This document shows, in pieces, positions 1 through 12,019 of a stretch of DNA of 64,000 nt. The position numbers were made by a program, and so were the translations under genes. Origin of the DNA: Eledone cirrhosa (lineage: Eukaryota); the NCBI GenBank assembly GCA_964016885.1, contig OZ024744.1, forward strand, positions 92,628,001 to 92,692,000, written 5' to 3'. Each line of letters begins with the position of its first letter. Position 1 is the first letter of the stretch. The notes under the pieces are model-generated. The model searched no databases. It worked only from the letters and a program-made list of their open reading frames with translations, and was not told where the DNA came from.

Positions 1-3000
1 AAATAGCAACAACACCAACAACATAAATAGCAACAACACCAACAACATAAACAGCAACAACACCAACAACATAAATAGCAACAACACCAACAACATAAAC
101 AGCAACAACACCAACAACACCAACAACATAAATAGCAACAACACCAACAACATAAACAGCAACAACACCAACAACATAAATAGCAACAACACCAACAACA
201 TAAATAGCAACAACACCGACAACATAGATAGCAACAACACCAACAACATAAATAGCAACAACACCAACAACATAAACAGCAACAACAACAACAACATAAA
301 CAGCAACAACACCAACAACATAAACAGCAACAACACCAACAACATAAATAGCAACAACACCAACAACATAAACAGCAACAACATAAATAGCAACAACACC
401 AACAACATAAATAGCAACAACACCAACAACATAAATAGCAACAACACCAACAACACCAACAACATAAATAGCAACAACACCAACAACATAAATAGCAACA
501 ACACCAACAACATAAATAGCAACAACACCAACAACATAAATAGCAACAACACCAACAACATAAACAGCAACAACAACAACAACAACAACTACATAAATAG
601 CAACAACACCAACAACATAAATAGCAACAACACCAACAACATAAACAGCAACAACAACAACAACAACAACTACATAAACAGCAACAACACCAACAACATA
701 AACAGCAACAACAACAACTACATAAATAGCAACAACACCAACAACACAAACAGCAACAACACCAACAACATAAACAGCAACAACACCAACAACATAAACA
801 GCAACAACACCAACAATATAAACAGCAACAACACCAACAACATAAACAGCAACAACACCAACAACATAAATAGCAACAACACCAACAACATAAATAGCAA
901 CAACAACAACAACAGAAATAGCAACAACACCAACAACATAAACAGCAACAACACCAACAACATAAATAGCAACAACACCAGCAACATAAACAGCAACAAC
1001 ACCAACAACATAAACAGCAACAACACCAACAACATAAATAGCAACAACACCAACAACATAAATAGCAACAACAACAACAACAGAAATAGCAACAACACCA
1101 ACAACATAAACAGCAACAACACCAACAACATAAACAGCAACAACACCAACAACATAAATAGCAACAACACCAACAACATAAATAGCAACAACAACAACAA
1201 CAGAAATAGCAACAACACCAACAACATAAACAGCAACAACACCAACAACATAAACAGCAACAACACCAACAACATAAACAGCAACAACACCAACAACATA
1301 AACAGCAACAACAACAACTACATAAATAGCAACAACACCAACAACATAAACAGCAACAACACCAACAACATAAACAGCAACAACACCAACAACATAAACA
1401 GCAACAACACCAACAACATAAATAGCAACAACACCAACAACATAAATAGCAACAACAACAACAACAGAAATAGCAACAACACCAACAACATAAACAGCAA
1501 CAACACCAACAACATAAATAGCAACAACACCAACAACATAAACAGCAACAACACCAACAACATAAATAGCAACAACACCAACAACATAAATAGCAACAAC
1601 ACCAACAACATAAATAGCAACAACACCAACAACATAAACAGCAACAACACCAACAACATAAATAGCAACAACACCAACAACATAAATAGCAACAACACCA
1701 ACAACATAAATAGCAACAACACCAACAACATAAATAGCAACAACACCAACAACATAGATAGCAACAACACCAACAACATAAACAGCAACAACACCAACAA
1801 CATAAATAGCAACAACACCAACAACATAAATAGCAACAACACCAACAGCATAAACAGCAACAACACCAACAACATAAATAGCAACAACACCAACAACATA
1901 AATAGCAACAACACCAACAACATAAATAGCAACAACACCAACAACATAAATAGCAACAACACCAACAACATAAACAGCAACAACACCAACAACATAGATA
2001 GCAACAACACCAACAACATAAACAGCAACAACAACTACATAAATAGCAACAACACCAACAACATAAATAGCAACAACACCAACAACATAAACAGCAACAA
2101 CACCAACAACATAAATAGCAACAACACCAACAACATAAATAGCAACAACACCAACAACATAAATAGCAACAACACCAACAACATAAATAGCAACAACACC
2201 AACAACATAAATAGCAACAACACCAACAACATAAATAGCAACAACACCAACAACATAAATAGCAACAACACCAACAACATAAATAGCAACAACACCAACA
2301 ACATAAATAGCAACAACACCAACAACATAAACAGCAACAACACCAACAACATAAACAGCAACAACACCAACAACATAAATAGCAACAACACCAACTACAT
2401 AAATAGCAACAACACCAACAACATAAATAGCAACAACACCAACAACATAAATAGCAACAACACCAACAACATAAACAGCAACAACACCAACAACATAAAT
2501 AGCAACAACACCAACAACATAAATAGCAACAACACCAACAACATAAATAGCAACAACACCAACAACATAAATAGCAACAACACCAACAACATAAATAGCA
2601 ACAACACCAACAACATAAACAGCAACAACAACAACAACATAAATAGCAACAACACCAACAACATAAACACCAACAACACCAACAACATAAATAGCAACAA
2701 CACCAACAACATAAATAGCAACAACACCAACAACATAAATAGCAACAACACCAACAACATAAACAGCAACAACAACAACAACATAAATAGCAACAACACC
2801 AACAACATAAACACCAACAACACCAACAACATAAATAGCAACAACACCAACAACATAAATAGCAACAACACCAACAACATAAATAGCAACAACACCAACA
2901 ACATAAACAGCAACAACACCAACAACATAAACAGCAACAACACCAACAACATAAATAGCAACAACACCAACAACATAAACACCAACAACACCAACAACAT

Positions 3001-3325
3001 AAATAGCAACAACACCAACAACACCAACAACATAAATAGCAACAACACCAACAACATAAATAGCAACAACAACAACAACATAAATAGCAACAACACCAAC
3101 AACATAAACACCAACAACAACAACAACAACATAAATAGCAACAACACCAACAACATAAATAGCAACAACAACAACAACATAAACACCAACAACAACAACA
3201 ACAACATAAACACCAACAACACCAACAACATAAACACCAACAACACCAACAACATAAATAGCAACAACACCAACAACATAAATAGCAACAACACCAACAA
3301 CATAAACAGCAACAACAACAACTAC
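1..3325. repeat. 24-bp minisatellite (AAAYAGCAACAACACCAACAACAT)n, extends beyond the window start
   Basis: Tandem 24-nt unit seen directly; it produces the spurious LLFMLLVL 8-aa repeat ORFs. Confidence 0.97.
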
Positions 3326-3370
3326 AGGGACTAGCAGGTCAATAACTTTACCCAATTTTTTTGTGTGCAA

Positions 3371-3405
<35 letters not shown>

Positions 3406-3660
3406 TATTTATTTTACAGAAAAGTTATCATTAAAGCTTGTCTAATTGAAAAGTTTGTTATTGAGCTATTATTGATTGGTGGTGGTGAAGGGGTGAAATC
3501 AATGAAGAGATGTTTGATCTGTGCAGTATTTCTTTTGTTTCACAGATCACTGTGAACTGTGGCAGAAGGTAGGTAGGTATAGATACATGGAGGGGGCGGA
3601 GGAAAACAGGTCTGATAGACAGGGAGACAGGCAGATAAATAGATAGATAAATAGATAGAT

Positions 3661-6320
3661 TTCTTTATTTGCCACAAGGGCGCACAAGAAAAGGGGACAA
3701 TACAAATACATGCCGGGGATTTTACATACAGTCGTGTAAAAAATATAAAACAAACAATTACAACAATCGAAATCCCCAATAGGGGGAGGCTCCACAAATG
3801 GGTTGTTTAATACCCCGTCGATAGAACAACCCTCAACTCCAGGAGCGGATTGTGCAAGTGCTCCTTTCTTCCCTTTGCTCTCTTCTTTAACCTACAGGTT
3901 TATAAACAGAGAAGGCCCAATCACTCGGGCTATTTTCGCTTCATTCACCCACCTTTCAGTAAATTTACAGGGGTGCAGTGCCTCTCTCTCCACTCTGATT
4001 CTCCTTCTAAAGTGATACTTAAAGAAAGGAATCAATTGTTGTCCGGAGAGAAAGGCATCTGTCCTCAGTCCTCTCAATCTCGTCCACCATATCAAATCGA
4101 CCAGGTCAAATCGGCCGATTAACCCCTTGAGATTGTTACCCCCCCCCCCCCCCCTCTATCGGGACATGCCCCTACATAGTCCCAACGTGCATCTAGGATA
4201 CCATTCCAGTCCCCCACTAAAAGTAGGGAGCGGGACGTCCCTAGAAAAGTCTCCAGACGATGGAAGAAGTCCGGCCGCATTGCCCCAAATGGGGCGTAAA
4301 CGGTGACCAGCCTAAAAGCTTCGCCTTCACCACTGCCAAGGTCCAGAACCACTAGTCGACCCTCCGGGTCCAAGTGTAGCGAGACCCAGATGTTTTTGCA
4401 GCAGAACGACAACCCCACCCCCACCACCGGGCTGACAGAGGGATGCGTGCATCTCAAAGTCATCAAAGGTGGGGGCTAGTTGTCGCACGCTGCTGATCCG
4501 GGCCTCGCAAATAACCATCACATTTATACATCGTGACCTGAGGTCATTCAGAAGTTTAGCTTGCTTCCAAGGTGAGCCCAGGCCACGCACATTTAGACAA
4601 CCTACTCTTAACAGCCATGTTGGTGGTAAAGAGAGAGGCACTTACCTCTCTGCGTCCCGGGGTCCGGGCTGTTCAGTTTCCAAGGGGGTGGTGGAGGGGG
4701 TGTTGAGTGGGGGTGGGGGTATTAGTGTGTGGAGGGGTTGGGGTGTTTGGAATTGTGTGGGTGTTTGAGGAGGGGAGGGGAAAACCTTTCAGGAAGACGC
4801 GGTTGTGTGGCTTGGTGCAGGGTGGCCCCACGACCTCAGGGTAAATGTTTTTCAATGTTTTAAAAATGTTAAGTGGGAGGGACCTTCACCATTTTCAGGT
4901 TAGGGAGTCCCATTGCCATTGTAAAATTCGGCCCTTCGGTTTGTACCGAAGGGTTATTGTTTATTTTGTCTATTAAGTTTTTATTGTTTTTGTTTATGTA
5001 TTTGTAGAGTTTTTGTGTTGTTGTGTTTGTTTTTGTTTGTTGTTCTTGAGTGAGCTTGCGTTTTGTTGTATGTGTTGTCAGGTGGGGTTATTTTTGTTTG
5101 TGTGGTGTGTGTACGTTTTTTTCTTTTGACTTTTTGGAAGGGAGCCTCCTCGTCTTCCGAGGATATGAGCTCCTCTTCCGTATTGGAGGGGAGGGGTATA
5201 TTACCAGGTTGTGTTTGCACTGAGTGTGTTTTTGTATTTGTGTCCTGAGGGGAGGGGCTGGGTGGGACCGTGTTTTGGGTTTTTTTCTTGAGCTGTTGTT
5301 GTTGTGGTGGTTGTGGTGGTGTTGGTGGTGTTATTGTTTGTGGTGTTTGTAATAATGGTTTCTTTTTTATCAGTTGAGGGCATGCAGCCCTCAGGTGACC
5401 TCTGCTTGCGCAGTGGTAACACGCGGGTCGCCTACCCTCAACTGAAATATTTATGTAGGTCTCTCCATCTAAATGAATTCTCTGTGGGATCTTCGCTATC
5501 CTTTCTGGGCTCATCTGCACCAGAAGTTCTACGCTGGTCCCACTAAAGACCTCTCTGTGGGACTTTCCACCTGAGATTATAATGTCTTGGTTAAGGTCTA
5601 AAACGCCACCAAAGTAGCCACCAAGTGTCTACTTTGGGTCTTATGCAGTTGAATTTTATTTTTTGAGACCTTCTTCCTATGTAAGAAGGAAAAAAGGTGA
5701 AGTGGATGGATACAATGGGCGCAATAGAATGTTTTTGCGCCGTTTCTTGATCTTTCATAAGCACCGAGATGCTACCGAAGAGTTTTCCTTATTGAATGAA
5801 CAAAATGCTTTCCATTTGGTTCCTTAAAACCAGCTCTATCTCATTCTGAGACGGTTGTACTGGTTTTTTTGTAGCGTCCTGAACACCACCGTGCTCGTGG
5901 CAATTTCTCTTTTTATTTCTTCTGGGGAATTAATGCTGAATGAACAATCGGGTTCGAAAGTCACATACCTTTTTGCTTCTTCCAACTTTTGATTTGCGTT
6001 GGTTAAATCCAAAGGTAGGAACACAGGAACACTTGTGTTTTTTTTACAGTTTCCGCAAGGAAATTTTGTTGTCGTTGTCTTTCTTGTTATTGTTGTTGTT
6101 GTCGCTGTTCACTTTGGTGTTCGTATTGGTATCGATAATTTTTCCGTTGCTGCTATTATTTCCAATTTGTGTCTTTTCGGTTGTTGACTGTTGTTCCTTA
6201 TTAACGTTTTCCGTTAAAGGAAGGGAGGAAGCTGGGCACTTTGTGCTTTCGCCCCAAAAAGGGGCGAAAACAATAATAACCCCCAACGTCTGCAGGCCCA
6301 AACGAGGAGTTAAACTATAT
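3661..6320 (-). mobile_element. Tx1/L1-clade non-LTR retrotransposon, internally deleted and decayed (ORF1, endonuclease start, ORF2 C-terminus, 3'UTR)
   Basis: ORF1 fragments with CCHC knuckle (CYHCASRGHLRAAC), APE start (VGCLNVRGL...LLVGDWNGILD) and ORF2 tail (WWTRLRGL...RVIGPSL), all homologous to the copy at 36662-42296. About 2.7 kb is missing at ~4092. Confidence 0.92.
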
Positions 6321-6477
6321 TAATGATATAAAATGAAATAAAATTAAATGGAATAAGCTGATAAAGAGGAAGAGAAAATGAGAGAAAACACAGGAGAGTG
6401 AGTGTGAGAGAGAGGAAATGGGAGAAAGAGAGAAAAGGGGAAAAGATAATTGAAAAAAAAACAAAACAAATATAAAT

Positions 6478-6568
<91 letters not shown>

Positions 6569-6830
6569 TATATTATGTTTAACATGAAAGAATGAATTGA
6601 TTGAAAAAGTGAACTACTGAAAATATAATTTAAAAAAAGAAAAAGAAAGTTAAAAATAAAATAAAATAATAAAATATAAAATGAATTAATGAATAAATAA
6701 ATAAATAAGCAAATAAATAAATAAATGCATGTTTTTTTTTTTTTCAAGAAAGAAAATAGGCTTGGAAATATAAAATATATTGAAGCACTAACTGGCTCTG
6801 TGCTGTCAAAAATGACGGCTAAATGTAATA

Positions 6831-7170
6831 TCTATACATAATATAAAAAAGAGATGTTTGTTTGTTTGTTGGCTGGTTGGTTCCTTCCCGCTCTAACACA
6901 AATGATACACAAACGCACAGTCAATGTGTGTGTAGCAAAATCACTACACATACAAACACACAGCTGTGACGTATCTTAGAACGCTGGACTTCTAAAGTTT
7001 CTCAACCCCCTCCTTCCTCAATCATCACATAGATATGTGTGTATGTAATAATTATTTTTTCTAAGTGTGTCTCTTTATATATATGTATGTGTAGATACGT
7101 GTAATTCTATTGTCTATGTATCTTTCTAAATAAACACTCACAAACATAGATACCGCACGCCCTCTCAAAT
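6831..7170 (+). mobile_element. Probable 5' part of a non-autonomous Helitron
   Basis: A|TCTATACATAATATAAAAAAGAGATGTTTG start closely matches the 5' end of the Helitron at 63213. No 3' hairpin/CTAG found nearby, so the end coordinate is arbitrary. Confidence 0.5.
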
Positions 7171-7465
7171 CAGCGAGGTTGGGGGGGGGGGGGGGTTAAC
7201 GTGTTCTGATGTTGGGTTTGAATAGTTTTTAGGATTCCCCAGTTCAGCAACCAGTACGTTAAAGAAAATTGATAGTTACAACAATAAAGGCTGAACAGAG
7301 AACACATTTTTAACAAACTTTACAATAATGTGTACAACCGTAATGGACATTCCAAGTAACAGAAAATACATAAATTACATTGTTAGAGCCTCTGAGTATA
7401 CAATATTTTTTGTTCGGCCCTCGGGAGCAAAGATGAAGAGATTGTTTGGCGAGCTCATCCTAGAG

Positions 7466-9529
7466 CAGGGCTTCCCAACGGGGTCCAGGTGGACCCCCAG
7501 GTGTCCATGGCGCGATTACAGGGGTCCACAGAAAAATGCTGAATTAAATGTACATAATGGAATGTACACAATTAAATGTATAATAAATGAGTTGATTTAG
7601 TAAAAGTTATTGCACTTTTTTTAATATTTTCAATTATTTTCTTTCCTTTTCAATTAAATCATTTTAAGTACGGTACATACGTTTTCAAGCATCAAGAAGA
7701 AACGTCTTCATTTCTGGAATTTGACTTGTAAATTGTAAATTTTAAAAAGCTTCTTAATTACATTTTTCTATTTTAGGTTTCTTCCCATAACAATTAAATA
7801 TGAGCAAAAGCAAGAAGAAATGTAGGCAGTATGATCCCTCTTATATTCAATATGGATTTATTAGCAGCAGTAACAATCCATTACTACCACAGTGTCTTAT
7901 TTGTTTGACACAACTGACAAATGCATCAATGAAACCCGCCGAATTTCTTTACACCTCAACAAGTGTCATCCCTCATTGGTCAACAAACCTAAAGAATACT
8001 TCGAAGCGCTCAGTGACAGTACCCGTTCTTCCTCATCAAAATTGAAAGGGTTCCTCATCAAGAGCAATAGCGCTTCTGGACTCACCGCGTCGTATAATAT
8101 TGCGCTTTTGATTGCCAAACAAGGTCGACCGCATACAATTGCTGAGGACCTCAACAAACCTGCAATCATGGAAGCATATAAAGTGGCTAATATTTCTAAT
8201 CCAGAGTCTGTTCTCAAGAGCATACCTTTATCCAACAATACCATTTCATTGCGAATAACTGATTTAGCAGAGGATGTCAAGTCCATCCTTATTCAAGACC
8301 TGCGACACACAAAATTTTCATTGATGAAAGCACCTTTGCAAATCAGTCTGTGCTCCTTGCTCTTGTCCGCTACATCAAAGATTCCAGAATATGTGAGGAG
8401 ATGCTCTTTATGAAAACTCTCATCAACACTACAAGAGAACAAGTGTGCAACGCTGTCACCGGCTTTTTAAAGACAAATGATATTAGCATGGATAATATGA
8501 TCTCCATTTGCACAGATGGTGCGCCGTCAATGATCGGCAAAAGAAAAGGATTTGTGTGCAGATTAATTGAAGATAGAAGCGTGTTTACTATTCATTGTGT
8601 TTTACATCGTGAAAATTTGGTTGCAAAAAATATTGGTAACCGTGATCTTATGGCCATTCTTCAAACGGTTGTTTTATCCGTCAACAAAATAAGAGCACGA
8701 GCCCTTCAAGACAGGATTTTCCAGGATGCTTGTCGTGACGAAAATTTTCATCGGCTGGTTTATTCCACAGACGTACGTTGGCTTTCAATGGGTAACTGTC
8801 TCATGAGATTTGTCGTACTGTTTGACAAAGTTTGGGAATTTTTGCAGAACAGAGGAATTCAATTATTGATTACAAGATTTTTATAGTGTACTTGGAAGAG
8901 ATATTTCGGAAACTCAATGAACTGAATTTATCCATGCAAAACCAGGATATGAACATCGTACGTGTTATCAAGTTATAAAGGCATTCATGAACAAATTGGT
9001 GATTTGGAAAATGAAAGCCATGACGCATGACTTCTGTCATTTTTCTAGTTTGGATGGCAAGGAAATTGATTGTGAGTTACAAACAATTATTGTGGATCAT
9101 TTGTCTTTCTTGCATGATAACTTTCAAACTCGTTTTGAGGATCTTCTACAGTTAAGCATGCCACCTTTTGTCGATTTACTTCATACCATGACAATGGAGG
9201 ATGTCATGAATCAACCTGAATGCGTCCAGATTGAGCTGTGCGAAGCCATTGCTGACGAGCGCTTGATTCAGGCCTCTGAGAAAAATTGGGTCAAAGCGTG
9301 GCTGCAAATCTCGATCAAATATCAAACCTTGTATGAAAAGGTGGAACCATTTATAATTAATCTACCAACGTCCAATTTGGTGGAGAAGGGCTTTTCGCTT
9401 TTACTTCATTCATTCACAAAGCAACAAAGGAGCTTGCACTTGAACGATAATCCAGAAATGAGGCTCCGTCTGAGTGACCTACAACCACGGATTTCTGTTC
9501 TCGTGAGTAATAAACAGCCACAAGGATAA
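7466..9529 (+). mobile_element. hAT (Buster/Charlie-type) DNA transposon, left end plus transposase; right end lost
   Basis: Left TIR-like CAGGGCTTCCCAAC at 7466, preceded by 8-mer TCCTAGAG (fits the NNNTANNN Buster target); transposase follows. Confidence 0.8.
7800..9529 (+). pseudogene. ZBED5/SCAND3(Buster)-like hAT transposase, frameshifted into 4 ORFs
   Basis: Motifs RQYDPSYIQYGF..PQCLIC..SMKP, HTIAEDL, IPLSNNTI, TDGAPSMIG, IHCVLHRENL, VRWLSMG, TSNLVEKGFS. Confidence 0.93.
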
Positions 9530-9843
9530 ATGGAAAAGAATGAAACGAAATTTCATTTCTCACTCTTAGTACGGCTGATATTTAAATGTAAGTATGTATG
9601 TATACGTACATACATATATGAGCACTGTACTGCGTAATTCGGGCTGTTTGTTTACAAACAAACCGAACATTATAATAAATGTTCTGTAAACCCATACGTA
9701 CATATATATATGTGTGCATGTATGTATGTATATACATACTACTGTACGTCTGTATACATATATGTATGTACGTATACATACATACTTACATTTAAGTATC
9801 AGCCGTACTAAGAGTGAGAAATGAAATTTCGTTTCATTATTTT

Positions 9844-9847
<4 letters not shown>
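9530..9847. repeat. Foldback/palindromic element, ~91-bp inverted arms (9530-9620 / 9757-9847)
   Basis: TGGAAAAGAATGAAACGAAATTTCATTTCTCACTCTTAGTACGG... and its reverse complement. A single-arm copy is at ~53948-54048. Confidence 0.88.
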
Positions 9848-9883
<36 letters not shown>

Positions 9884-10421
9884 ATATGTATACATATATA
9901 TATATATAATTAATACAATAATAGAGATAGTTTAAAACTAAACTCTGACTGGTAACCATCTCACTCAACAAACATTAGGTTATATTTAAATATAAACCCA
10001 ATTTTAGTGTTTGGGGTGCTAACAATATGTATAATGTGGAAAAACCAGTTGTATTATTTTATGAGATATAATTAAAGTTAAAGTATATCTCTTTCCAAAC
10101 AATTGTTTCATTATAAGTTTTCTACAAGTTGGGAGAATGTTTCCAGTTTATGTAGAAGCCTAATATATATTCATGTAAGAATATATTTAGGTGGGCACTT
10201 ATAAATCATCAGTGGAAGCCCGTTAAACTTTGATATAAGAAAATAATTTCTTACCGCTGTCAAAAATCGTGTCCGTAAAGTTACTCACTCTCGCCTCGAA
10301 TGACCGCCAAATTTGAAATTCCAGCAGTTTTTGGCTGAGGAAGTATCATAGCGACACGAAGCGGGAAGGGGAGACAACCCACGATCCACGAAATGAGGAA
10401 AAAAAATAATATACACGCGGG

Positions 10422-10485
<64 letters not shown>

Positions 10486-10512
10486 ACATACTATATATAA
10501 TATATATATATA

Positions 10513-10567
<55 letters not shown>

Positions 10568-10574
<7 letters not shown>

Positions 10575-11011
10575 TAAAGTGGTCCTTCATCAGTGATCTT
10601 CCAACCATCATCGGTATTTCTTCGCTTTAAAGACAATATACCTCCGGTTGGTGCGAGCAACGGCTAAAGAAAGTCGTTGGGACATGTAAATAAAGGGAAC
10701 AGCGAGAGTTAGACCTGTACGGAATTCCTTCCTTGCTCACATTTCAACCAGGTTTGATGGTCTTTATTCTCTCTCGTTCACGATTTCACCGAACTTATAT
10801 TCATGGAAATTTTTGGACTTGACTCGCTCTTCCTCACTTTTCGTTGCTTCACCATCTTTGTTTGTTTACACTCTCGCTGTTCCCTTTATTTACATGTCCC
10901 AACGACTTTCTTTAGCCGTTGCTCGCACCAACCGGAGGTATATTGTCTTTAAAGCGAAGAAATACCGATGATGGTTGGAAGATCACTGATGAAGGACCAC
11001 TTTATTCATAT
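10568..11011. repeat. Long inverted repeat, ~142-bp arms (10568-10709 / 10870-11011), ~160-bp spacer
   Basis: Arms are reverse complements; the ORF track shows the identical peptide [31 protein letters not shown] on both strands. Confidence 0.93.
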
Positions 11012-11110
11012 GTAACCCATTTGCAACTCCGCAGCACGTTTATTCTCTCTCTCTATATATATAATAAAATAACAGGAGGCCGGACTGGTGTAATTTCTTA
11101 ACGGTTTATT

Positions 11111-11168
11111 ATACTATGAACATTTCAATGACCGGGTTCAGTATGAATCCGGTGACATCATCAGGTAT
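11111..11168 (-). ncRNA. Type I hammerhead ribozyme motif (minimal stem III)
   Basis: Minus strand reads AUAC-CUGAUGA-[ugucACCGGaUUCA uac UGAAcCCGGUcauu]-GAAA-UGUUCA-UA-GUAU. Complete core, 4-bp stem I. Confidence 0.7.
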
Positions 11169-11204
11169 TCGAAATTTAACAAAGGAATATAAAAGACACA
11201 ATCC

Positions 11205-11338
11205 ATGGGGCTTGCCATTCTGAGTTCAAATCCCGCCGAGGTTAACTTTGCCTTTCATCCTTACGGGGTCGATAAAATAAAGTACCAGTAATGTACTGGC
11301 TAATTGCTGGCCTTGTGCCAAAAAGTAGAAACAATTAT
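11205..11338 (+). mobile_element. tRNA-derived Nin/Deu-domain SINE, 5'-truncated
   Basis: B-box GAGTTCAAATCCC, central TTTGCCTTTCATCCTTACGGGGTCGATAAAATAAAGTACCAG, and tail GGCCTTGTGCCAAAAAGTAGAAACAATTATT. Confidence 0.88.
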
Positions 11339-12019
11339 TTCTTCACAAGTACATTTAAAACTTATAGCCTCGTTTAAATAGTTTTTTATGTGGTTGATTT
11401 ATACTGACTGGGAGAGGAAATACTGTATATATTTTATCTAATGGTTCTTTGGACTTGCATTTTTATACATATATATATTATTCTAGAACCTTCCTCACCT
11501 CGCTCCCTATCATTGTTTATAGCTTGCTCCTGCTCACGCCCCCCCCCCCCCTCACCCCCATTTCTTCTCTCCGCAAGTATAAAATAAACCCTGTAGGGTT
11601 CTAAGGCCAGAATTTATCTATTTAATCTCTCTTTACGGACGATTTGTCGATTTGAGAAATGTAAGAAAAACACTTGTCTTTCCATTTTTCCGCAGTGATG
11701 ACCAGTGTTTTAAACTTTTATTTATACCCGTCTAGAATCTAATCTCTCTTTTTTTCTCTCGGATTTTCAATTAATATATGACATGTTTTTAATAATATGC
11801 CTCGTTCTGTTTGGACCCTTCCTAAAAACTAACCTTCTCCTAAAGTCACCCATTTATCGCCGCCCCTGCGGAATTTGGAAAGTTTGAACACTCAATGACA
11901 ATGTCACATATAATTCACCTCCCGCTGCAGGACGAGAATGCAAGGACCCCTCTTTATTTCAGACATGGATGACCAACATAATTACGCCCCCCCCCCCATC
12001 CATTCCATCCACCCAACTT

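Noticed and set aside
718-3321. Leu/Val/Phe-rich 'membrane protein' ORFs
   Set aside because: Translations of the 24-bp minisatellite.
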